Source: Lingula anatina (lineage: Eukaryota; Animalia; Brachiopoda). From it: DNA of 64,000 nt. The translations under genes and the position numbers were made by a program. This document shows positions 51,582-61,991 of the stretch, in pieces; position 1 is the stretch's first letter, and the number at the start of each line of letters is the position of its first letter. The stretch lies in contig CM120641.1 in the NCBI GenBank assembly GCA_051362555.1, positions 12,028,001 through 12,092,000 on the forward strand, in the 5' to 3' direction. Below the pieces are notes generated by a model. That model was given only the letters and a program-made list of their open reading frames with translations, ran no database searches and was not told the origin of the DNA.

Positions 51582-52746
51582 AAGTCAGTTCCCTGACAAA
51601 CATGTGTTGGTTATACATGTATGGATACACCTTAGCCCTTTCCGCCAAGGAGGTTATGTTTTCACCCCTGTTTGTCTGTCTGTTTGTTTGTCTGTCTATC
51701 ATCAACATAACTCAAAAATTTATGGACCGATTTTGATGAAATTTTCAGAAACTGTCAGAAGTGGGCCAAGGAACAGATGATTAGTTTTTGGTGGTGATCC
51801 GGATCAATAATCAATCAATAATAAAAAACAATGTTATGTACCGATTTTAATGAAATTTTCAGAACTGGGCCAAGGAACAGATGATTAGTTTTTGGTGGTG
51901 ATCCGGATCAATAATCAATCAATAATAAAAAATATCGAAAATTTAAGGGTTAAAAGGCATTGGATAGAGACTTTGCTGCCTTGGCGGAGGTTTGTGCTCT
52001 CTGAGTGCTTTTCTAGGTTAACCACCTTTTAATTTTAAATGTACCATTTTTGGTCTCATTGTTTTAATTATCGACTTTATTTTTAACAGAAAAGTGCCCC
52101 AAGTGTTTTAGAAAAGATCCTACTCTTCGAACCTGTCACAGATTGGTCACAAAAAAAATGTCGTGGGTGGACGCAGAGAGGTATTGTGCAGAGAATTACC
52201 AGGCCAGACTGGTGTCCGTCGAGACTGCCGCAGAATATGAAGTTATTCGAGCTCAAATGAACGCAGGTAAGAGTCTGTGCTTTTTCATGTCTTATTTACT
52301 ACAACCATAAACATAAAATATTCAGATCTAAATGTCATAACTGTTTGTCCTGAAATTACAGGATGTCATCAAAAATATAAATAAATAAATAAATAAAAGG
52401 GAATTATATCAAAATTGAGGCGAAGAATGAAAATAACAGTCTCGGCCTTTTACTCACTTTTGGCAATACAATACCATTAAATTTAAACAGAACTCGCCAT
52501 TGAAACAATCTTTTTTTTTCAGACCAACAAGGGCAGGAATGGTGGAGCGGTGGTAACGACTTGTTCAGGCGCAATGACCTTATCTGGGCCGGCACTGGGC
52601 GAGCAGTGAACTCCACTGCAAGTGGAATACTACTTACTGGCGCGGACGGCAACGGGCGTTGCGTTCAGTTACGCCCACAGCAGCGCGATATGAATGCTGT
52701 CAGTTGTGAGCTGCAACTCAACTTTATCTGCGAGACGGGCTTTTAG
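49525..52746 (+). CDS. Secreted protein with signal peptide, VWA domain and C-type lectin-like domain; exons 49525-49597, 49916-50116, 50367-50643, 50952-51067, 51284-51400, 52090-52266, 52523-52746
   Basis: Signal MSPLLLRLAAVIAVLIQG; VWA ADVAFVLDASNSI (MIDAS DxSxS), TNTSGGL, IAIVITDGKPN, IYAVGVG; CTLD CPKCF..TCHRLVTKKMSWVDAERYC..RLVSVETAAE..WWSGGND..RCVQL..SCELQLNFICE*. Confidence 0.88.
51534..51576. repeat. (CA)n microsatellite
   Basis: Uninterrupted CA run of about 21 units. Confidence 0.95.
51635..52016 (+). mobile_element. Family C Helentron-associated element with partly duplicated core
   Basis: TCCGCCAAGGAGGTTATGTTTTCACCCCTGTTTGTCTGTCTG ... GCCTTGGCGGAGGTTTGTGCTCTCTGAGTGCTTTTCTAG; the core GGGCCAAGGAACAGATGATTAGTTTTTGGTGGTGATCCGGATC occurs twice. 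Confidence 0.85.
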
Positions 52747-53782
52747 AAAGAAGACTGGCAGCGAATTACAGGAAATGTTCTCGATTCACTATTTTGTTCT
52801 TGTCTATTAATTGACTGGCTTCATATTTCTAATAAAAACTTTTTTAATGTCAGTGATTGCATTTGAAATCAAACTTTTCTTCAAATTATTTTGGACTGTG
52901 TCATTCACATAAATTTAACAATAAATTCAAATTGCAGCACGTCTTGAAGTTCTCAAAAGTTATTATGTTTTATAAAATATCTACCACCCACAATTATAGT
53001 GTGGGGACGGCTGGATAAACGTACACCATGACAAAATCACTCATTTCAAAATGGCAATTTCCACACCACTCATTCAAAATATCTCAGAATATTAATTTGG
53101 TATTTTTACTATCAAATTTACATAAAAAATGTACAAAATAATTCTGCATCTTAACTACTTCTTTACACATTCAAAGTCATCAAGCTATAATGTACCTACA
53201 TTGTTTAAGTTTAATAATAGAATCGGCTACAAAATGGAAACATTTCTGATGAACCTCATATAGAACATATCCATTAAAATGTAAAGAAACATACGTGGAT
53301 TGTTTAACAACAAATAATCAAAGCTTAAAGCTCTCTGACAGCTTATGGTTCACATTGCCATTTGATCAATGTTGAAGCAGAATAAACAACCTTATGAAAA
53401 CCTGAAAGGTTAATACTTTAATAATGACTGACAAGAGACAATGACATATGTTCTTGACACTTTTTTAAAGACTTGGTGAAAATCGAGTGCATTGTCTGTA
53501 CCTCCCATACACTCTTATGTCAGATACCTGCCACTGCAGAAATGAAGGTTTTTGTCTCCTTTTAAGGTTGCTACCTAAACAACAGGCCTCCTTAAGGGTG
53601 TCTTATGCCAGACCATACCTATCCAGTGGCTCAATTTTTATTTTGGAGGAATTCTTAGTCTCATGAAAAACTAATTTCTGCAATCCTTTTTTATCCACTT
53701 TGGCTAGTGCATAGCTCTACATTTTTGGCCAATCTCTAGCCCTGGAATCAAATCCACAGTATCAATAATGTACCAGTAACTA

Positions 53783-54944
53783 TCACTTTGCTCCTGCTAG
53801 TGGATTCCTCAGCACTAGGATAACTGAATCTCCCCGCAGGAACATCTTGGAAATGTATCTGTCTTTATTCACAGGTTTAGACTTCTTTTTCCCCTTTCCA
53901 GTTTTTGGAACCTCTGTCCACATTTCTTTTACATTTTCCAAAACCATATTGCAATGTCTGAAAGTAAAATGCCAGGAGTCAACAAATGCACACTTAATTT
54001 TTCACACAATATAGACCTATTGAAGCCACTATCTTTGGCAAGCAAATTGAGGATTGGGCTGCAAAATTTCACTCATAATTAATGATGCCTTGACACATTA
54101 TGCAATGGCACAGAAATGGATTTCTTCATCAATAATGTTCCCATAAAACAAGGCACAGGTTTTGAGTTATTCAATGCCTGGTTTTAGTGTGCACTAGAAG
54201 GCTCGCTTAGAGTAACAAGACAATGTAGTACCTCCTATCAAATAATATTATTATAAATTTAAAAGTGCCATCAGCAATGTCTAGAGGGGTTATAAGATCA
54301 TCTGAATATTTCCCTATGATTTTATACTCAATTTCCAGAAGACAATTAACATACACTACCTATCAAATGCCTTGACTCTGCCCAAAAGTTTTTTGTTATT
54401 CCTGCAGTTGATCAAGACCTGTGTGTTATTTTTCACTGACTGAGTCAGAACAGACAGCGGGCCTGTGTTAAATTCCTCCTGCTCTCTCTGTGCGAGCTCT
54501 TCTGGGGTCATCTCTCCCCGGGGTTTCTGCATTGGAGTGCTGAAAATAATACATAAAGGATGTATGAAATAAAAATACTGTTAAAATCTTAACAATATTA
54601 ACAAATTACAGAACCCCTTCGTTTCAAATTCAGTCAAGCAAACGGGATGCTGCACTTATTAAGTGCGAAATGAAGTGGTATCCGTGACATAGGGCTGGGC
54701 CTGCCTCGACCTAATGCATCAAAAGTGGGCAGCTCCATCTGTAAAGACGGTTGTATAGTACATGTAGTATACGGCAATGATGCTTGAGCCTACACCGTTT
54801 GCTGGAGTGAATAAACCAAACATGCATCAGTTGTAGAATCTATATGTCTATGAAAGTACTACCAGCAATGCAGAACTACCAAGGTGAGCGACAAGCTATA
54901 TAACCATAAAATAGCATATATGATTTAAAAAATACGTACGTCAT
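53783..54944 (-). CDS. SNRPD2: Small nuclear ribonucleoprotein Sm D2; exons 54944-54940, 54539-54360, 53957-53783
   Basis: [108 protein letters not shown] is the canonical Sm D2 sequence. It is absent from the ORF track. Confidence 0.97.
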
Positions 54945-54959
54945 GTCTGAAACTGTTGA

Positions 54960-55095
54960 TGGCTAAGATTTATATCTATATAACCCTCAAACCGGCAATG
55001 GCGCTACAACGACAACAATGCGGCTTCCTGTTAGCTCCGCATGCGCATTAGAATTAAGTATCCGGTTTCCGGTAAGTTGAGTCGCCGGACAGGTA
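54960..55095. promoter_or_regulatory. Bidirectional promoter between SNRPD2 (-) and FKBP2 (+)
   Basis: CpG patch with NRF1-like GCATGCGCA, ETS TTCCGG/TTCCTG and YY1-like AATGGCG. A donor CAG|GTAAAT at about 55092 could end the FKBP2 non-coding exon. Confidence 0.6.
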
Positions 55096-55808
55096 AATTC
55101 ACTAATCAGATTTGGGTAATTAATGGAAGGGTTTATTTTGATGTGCCATTGGAATGCAACTTTCTAGAACTGGCCAGAAAATAGTATATACGCTATGCTA
55201 TAATGACCGTCTGAATATTGAAAAAAAATTCAAATTCTGATAAAGAGTACACGTGTTTTACTTGGAAGTCGTGAACTTGAGTATGTGTATTTTAAAACTT
55301 GAGTTTAACTTTAACAGGCACTGCTCTCTAAAAAGTAGTGTAAAAACAGTTATAAAAAGGAGTGTAAAACAGTTATTAACTACAAATACTAAAAATAACA
55401 TAGATAAAATATAATGCAAGCATACGAATTCCTGTCAGTGGTTACCAATGGCACTGGTAAGAATGAATAAAGTCCCATGTTAGTCAGACCTCAGTGCCGT
55501 GGTTCACTGCTCTAGCTAACCTATGCAGTGTCAGGCCTAGATCGTTATAACCTTCTATGTGAAGCTTTCACTTTAGGTATTTTCTAAGTTCTGGAATGAT
55601 CCATCCAGTTAAATTTTAAAATGTGTTCCATCAGGGTTTTTGAGTCATTGCTCTACCCAGCTTCAATTTCAGTTTTAGGACTTAGTAAACAATGTAAAAT
55701 TCACAATAATTTCCAGGTTAAACTAGGATTCAACTTTTGGATCCTTGCCTTAATTTACAGCATCAGGACGTTTTTTTAAAGCTGCACTTGTTGTATTTCA
55801 GTGGCAGT

Positions 55809-56869
55809 ATGAATTGTAGCTATATTCAGATGGTTGCAGCTTGCCTGTGCTTGCTGGCAACGGCTAGTCTTGGGGCAGAGTCTGATAAAAAAGTCAAAAA
55901 GTTACAGATTGGTGTAAAGAAGAGAGTTGAACCAGACCAGTGCAAAATAAAATCCAAGAAGGGAGATACTCTTCACATGCACTATACAGTAAGATGCTTG
56001 TTTGTTTCATATTGATTTTCTGATGTTATTTGAAATAAGAGAAATGTGAAAAACTGAAAATATTGTGATATTTAAAGCCTATTTGTCTCAGGGTCTTTTT
56101 TGTATGTAATTTCCCCGTCTGTCTTATAAGGGTAAACTGGAAGACGGAACAGAGTTTGACAGTAGTATTCCAAGGGGGCAGCCATTTGTTTTCACGCTTG
56201 GCTCAGGGCAAGTGATAAAAGGATGGGATCAAGGTCTTCTTGGGTAAGCTGACACATTTTTTTGTGACCTGTGACAAATTATTTTAAAAATAATGAAGTA
56301 TTCAGTTTAAGTTATTTGTCATGTATATTACATAATTTTTTGTAATTATATAGAATGTGTGAAGGAGAGAAAAGGAAGCTAGTTATACCATCAGACCTTG
56401 GATATGGAGCCAGGGGAGCACCACCAAAGATCCCAGGTAACATTCTGTTTGGCACATCTAACACAATGCAGCATCTCAAGTTTTATCACACTGTACCTCA
56501 GTGTCACATCTCTACATTGCACTATTAATGCAGTAGTCAGATCACTAGCCTTGCAGAAATCAGTCATTGACAATAAATAAACAAAAGACATGCTGTAATT
56601 ACAGTGTGATTCGTGTGCTTTTATAAATAAAGCATGACAAATGTGAAAAAACAACATTCCTTGCATTTCCATTCTTTGTTATCACGATGAGATCTAGTGC
56701 AAAAAGAATTTGTTTGGCTTATTCATAGAATATGATGCAGTTTTTAGTTTGTGTTATATATTTTGTTTATTGTAGTAAGACTCAAGTTTTTATCTTTTAA
56801 TTTCTAGCTGATGCTACACTGGTATTTGAAGTGGAACTCCTGAAAGTTGAGAGGAAGGAAGAACTTTAA
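55809..56869 (+). CDS. FKBP2: ER peptidyl-prolyl isomerase FKBP2 (FKBP13); exons 55809-55988, 56131-56243, 56354-56436, 56808-56869
   Basis: Signal peptide, [87 protein letters not shown] (KDEL-like end). Confidence 0.96.
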
Positions 56870-57115
56870 TACACAGAATATGCGGCCAAAAGGCATACAT
56901 AACTATGTATATCAGTAAAGAAGTAGATATTAAATAATTTGTGTCTTTCACCACAAATAACATTCCTTTCATGCAAATTGTTCTGTTTGGTTTTGTTAAA
57001 TGTTAAGTTTCTGTCCAGTCATTTCCTCATAACTTCACTGTGTAGATAATAAATCACTGCTTAAGTACATGTCAGAAGTAGTTTTTTGAAAAGAAAAGTT
57101 ATCATGTGAGATAAA

Positions 57116-57291
57116 GGCCATCCAGAATAGAAGATCCAAGTATCAACTGGTCCAAGGCTCAAATATGTCGTGGGGAGGCCTGTGAAAGGTGGAGAGACCA
57201 TTACAGGATTAAGTGGTCTTCCTTTCATGTAGGGTCCGCAATATTTGAGCCTTGGACCAGTTGATTCTTGGATCTTTCATTCTGGATGGCC
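57116..57291. mobile_element. Fold-back MITE-like element with arms of about 55 bp
   Basis: GGCCATCCAGAATAGAAGATCCAAGTATCAACTGGTCCAAGGCTCAAATAT pairs with ATATTTGAGCCTTGGACCAGTTGATTCTTGGATCTTTCATTCTGGATGGCC. Confidence 0.8.
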
Positions 57292-58393
57292 CCACAGAAT
57301 GTGTGAATTTTGTTTTGTTGAAAAAAAACATAAGCAATAAATAAAGAGGTAAGGGGATTTTCTGTCCAAAATATGCATGCAAAAGTTTGTTTTCTGTAAA
57401 AATGTCATCATCACAAAAGACAAACGTATGTAATACAGTTGTATTCAAAGCCATTTGCTTGTGACCTGCCAGTTTATCTTTGCTGCACTATGCTCTGTAC
57501 AGGACATGATCAGATTTAAGCTGTGTTTAAAACAGTTTCTGTTGCATTCATAGAAATACAAGACAAACTTAATAACTACTGTTTGTCCATTTATTTGAAA
57601 TGACAAAACATTTACTATTATTTATAACTTTCCAACTTGTACATTTACAACTAGCTAAAATGAATGGTACTGCAAATTATAGATCTTTTTGGTGGCCATA
57701 CAAGCACTTTCAAAATGAAATGTAGTTGAGCATTACATTTACAAGATTTCATTGAAGTTACCATGTATGATACACTTTGGGTGCCCGTATGACAACACCT
57801 TACAAATGAAACCAGATTGACTTGAATGCCTTGGATAAAAATCAGGTTACAGTTATCAGGTAAGGTAAAACATTTGCTCTTATAAAGCTAGGGAAAGTTT
57901 TAAAAATTCTACTAGCAATAGAACTCCCATCATGCAACACAATCGCATGTACAGTGTAAACTTTAGTTATACAAGTCTCATCTGATGGACTATTAAATTT
58001 TTTCCAGTCATTTTCTTCGGGTAACTATCTTACTAAACACTTTCCAGGATATCAATATCATCCAATGCATACCAACAACATATGTGATATGTATGTGTTG
58101 CACCATGAAACACTGCATAGCAAAACATTTCACTTGAAGTATGAAAGGTTGTATTTTATCCACTTTTCAAAGCTAAATTCTGTTAAGAACAAAGATCCCA
58201 TGGATTCTTACAAAAAGGTGTATTCTAACTGTGTCAGGCTACTAACATTAACCTGCCTTCTGTACCAAGAATATTGTTCTTAAAATATATATCTCTATGC
58301 TGATTTTGCAATATCCCCCATGTATGCCACATTAAATGTTTTTAAAGCCACAGGACTGCAACTAGTCAAAATGCTGAGTAAGGGCCCTTCCAG

Positions 58394-58643
58394 ATTCACA
58401 CATCTTACTAGTAGCTGGGCCAGTTCATCTCTGCTGAGGATTCTCACTGAGTGCAATCAGCTTAACTGTCTGCCATGCCTCCATGAGCAGCTAAGGGGTA
58501 ACCAAGCTGAGCGCACACAAAAGTAAGTTACCCCCCTAGCTGCTCAAGCAGGCGTGTCAGACAATTAAGCCGATTCCACTGATTGCACTTTAGTGAGACT
58601 CCTCCGCAGAGTTGGACCTACCCAGCTGGTATGATGTGTGAAT
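58394..58643. mobile_element. Long imperfect palindrome (MITE-like) in the ZFAND3 3' region
   Basis: ATTCACACATC...AGCAGCTAAGGGGTAAC pairs with GTTACCCCCCTAGCTGCT...GATGTGTGAAT across about 110 bp per arm. Confidence 0.7.
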
Positions 58644-59526
58644 AAAAATGTGGTCTAAATGGTTCATCACCAAGTACTGTTCAACACTACCTCAGATCAT
58701 GGCTGATGGACTCAAAAGTAATGCGTACTATCCCCCTTTTGTCAAACTCCCAGATGATATGTCATACTTTTTGTTACTAAAATGACTAAAATTAACTTTT
58801 AAAGAATTCAATTGCCAAGTTTAACTTTCTTTTATCATCTTTAAGTTAAGTGTTTTACAGAAAGTCTCAGCTGAACATACATATACCACCAAACACCAAG
58901 GCCACATGCAAAGATGAACATGCTATTAACTTACACTTAAAATCTGCAAGTGGTGTTAGTGTTACAATCCACATCTACTTGTGATTCATTCTTTGATGAA
59001 AATGGCTTCATTTCCCACCATATTGTAACAAACTGTAGAACTTGCCTCCAGTGGCAATATAAAGGTATTAACTACCACATATGTTCACAGCAATTTAGCA
59101 AGTGGCAACTTATGAATAAAGAGCTGCCTTTACAGTGTTTATTGCATTGCTTAAAATAGTATCTTAGATATGTGGCAGCAAATTAACAGTTTCCACTCAC
59201 AAAACAAGCTCTTGTAAGTCCTTCGCATTTTTAAGGTCACTGTCCATTTTACCATAAAGTGTTTTAGATGCTTAAGTGAATCCACATCTCAATGGTGAAA
59301 AAAATTGCCCTGCCAATGAAAACACATCTTCAAATTTCAGCACATTATAAAAGCTGGGTGTGTTGTGTGGGCATTTGAAAGCAATGGATTAATGCCATTT
59401 TCAAAGTATCTTTATATATGTAATAAACTGTTTCCTTTCTGCCAATAATCCCATTGAAGAAATGCGTGGTTACACACAGAAAGGTTTCTCCTGAAAATAA
59501 CATACTATTTCAGCAACCAGTTACAC

Positions 59527-61991
59527 TCAATTTGAATCCAGCCTCTTCAAAGAAGTTCCCATATGCCTTGTGGGCTTGACTATTTTGTCTCTAGCCTGCT
59601 GGCGCCCACTCTCCTTGTGATCAAAAATACAATCATGCTGTTCAGGAAGTCTATGCAAATTGCAAAACACATAGTCTGGAAATAATATTTACATAGTTAA
59701 GGTAATAATAATAATAAGAAGAAGAACACTGAAAACCAACTGTCAATTATTTACAGTTCCAATCTCATTTACTAACAGAGAGGTAAAACATTTTTAGACT
59801 TGTCACCTGCTGTGTGATGGTTTTTATGTGTTATACCAAATGAGATTGTGTGTCAACAAGCAATATTGGCTATTTTGTTGCAACTCTCAAATATTACATA
59901 AAAATTTGCAATACAGAAGAAAGTACACCTACCACACTTGCACCTCCCAATTTCCCTCTGGGCCATGTCTAATTTTGCATTGCACTTGTAACATCTTTTC
60001 TTATTTTTCTGGACCGGCTTGTCCGGGTCTTCAATGGCACTACTGTCCCTGGGAAAAGTCGTTTGAAAGTTGTCACTAAAATGATAGAAAGTTGAAAGGC
60101 AAACTGAAACTGCTAGGGTAACTTAATTTTAAAAATTTAAGGCAAGTGCTCCATAAGTCCTTATTTCCTGTCATGAAATTTCTTTTTACATGAACTTGGA
60201 CCAAATCATCTTTGTGATACAACTTTCCATAGGATTTTTAAACCCTGCTATTAAAAACATATACAGATGAAATTCAATGTATCACAGCTCTAAGTTTGAG
60301 AAATTAGAGGGATGAACTTTGTAATATGATTTCATTAAACCTTTATTATAATAAATAAGTTATATTACTGATGCATCTCTGAAGATCTACCTAACAGATT
60401 TAATATGTAATCCAAGCTTTTTAAGACGGTGACAAAAAGGAAACTTAAACGATACTAAGCAAAAAGTTACGTGTGATGGTGACAAAAAGGAAACTTAAAC
60501 GACACTAGGCAATCATCACCGAACAGAAATTTTTAAGAACACTAGACACCTTGAAAAACAGACTAAATAGGGAAAATAGTTTCCTAAATGAGTATTAATT
60601 TTTTCTTTGTTACGTAATCTTGGCGTTGTTTACGTTAAGCACGCTTTTGTGACATCATGTGTCTTTCACACATCACCGACATCACGTATCCTAGGATTTT
60701 TTTTTTTTCACTTTTTTTTTCATAATCCCTGAAGAAGGCCTAGGGGCTGAAAGCTTGGATTACATATTACATCTGTTAGGTAGATCTTCAGAGATGCATT
60801 AGTAATGTAACTTATTTATTCCTTTAAGATCTATACAGTGATTTGACATGAATCTTCAATTAACCCTTTTATAATGATGTCAGACAAACTACATGATACA
60901 AAATTCCTTCTTTTCTTCTCACAGTGCCTTTCTTTTATAATCAATCTGTGTATTAACAGCAGGATCTGAATCTTTTAAATCTCTGATAAGCAAGTTTCTA
61001 AAAGTAGGTAAAATGAGTCAACAACAGTTAAAGTACACTTTTAGCTGAATCCAAATCTCTATGTGCTAAGTTGTCATTCAAGTCTACCTTTTTGTTCCAG
61101 TGGAAGGTGAAGCACCTTCTTCAGTATTAGAGGAAGTACTTGAGGCCTCTTCACAGGTAACTTTTTGTGTGTCTTTTGCTTCTGCTGTTTCAGAATCTGT
61201 AGTTTTAAACACATCTTTTTTTGTATCTTCCTCTGGCACATTGCTGCTGCTTAGCAGACTAGTTTCTGAAAGAATGAGATAGAAACCTTAGTTTTCATTT
61301 TGGTGCAAAAATAACATTCATAAACTTGAAAATTCAAGATATGTTTCAGAGATTTGTCTGTGAATATGGATTTAATATAAACCATATAAAACTTGTGCTG
61401 CATGTGTACTGTTATGCTGTTACCAATAAAAATTGAAGAAAGTGGAAGTAACAACTACACTGTCACACTATCTTTACATTATTTTCATGGAGTTAACAGA
61501 GCCTCGACTTTGTATCACTATCTATCATGATTATCACCTTGGCTAGTAGAAGGTTGCCCACTCGTAGTTGCAGTTGGTTTTGATGCCTGAGGTAAAGTCT
61601 TAGACACATGATCTGCTGCATTCTTTTCTATTAAGATGAAAATAAATCTTTTAGCATCAACTGTTATGGTTTGGTTAATTAGCATTGTTTAACTGTTTCT
61701 TTTTCTCTTATTCTGCATTACAGTAGCTCAGTCATTATTTCAAACTGCATACAGTACACATTGTCTACAAATTTTATCAAGTCACAAAATATATTTCTAT
61801 TGATTTTTAAGGTTTTGCATTCTTTAAAAATATTCAAAAGAAACTCATTCTTTTTCCCTTAATCATCTAGCTTCTCAAAATCCTCTCACTATTTAATATT
61901 AACCTCCAAAACGCTTCACCTCCAAAACGCTTTCACTCTTTCATACTAACCTTTGTAACACTTGGAACACAGGCCTTGATTTTGGACTGAT
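59527..61991 (-). CDS. ZFAND3: AN1-type zinc finger protein 3 (A20 plus AN1), 5'-partial; exons 61991-61951, 61627-61538, 61265-61088, 60048-59933, 59675-59527; first exon probably beyond the window
   Basis: A20 half [13 protein letters not shown]; AN1 [64 protein letters not shown] is the ZFAND3-type signature. Confidence 0.9.
60350..60820. mobile_element. Penelope-like/retrozyme-like remnant with terminal inverted repeats of about 70 bp
   Basis: 60350-60420 is the near-perfect reverse complement of 60750-60820. There is an internal duplication of GGTGACAAAAAGGAAACTTAAACGA and a hammerhead motif at the right junction. Confidence 0.6.
60723..60762 (+). ncRNA. Minimal type I hammerhead ribozyme motif
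   Basis: TAATCC-CTGAAGA-A-GGCC-TAGG-GGCT-GAAA-GC-TT-GGATTA: stem I TAATCC/GGATTA, core CUGANGA and GAAA, stem II GGCC/GGCT, palindromic AAGCTT minimal stem III, UH = UU. Confidence 0.7.

Noticed and set aside
54630-54810. Intronic snoRNA in SNRPD2
   Set aside because: The C-box-like ATGATG is on the strand opposite the host and has no matched D box; only a weak inverted repeat is visible.
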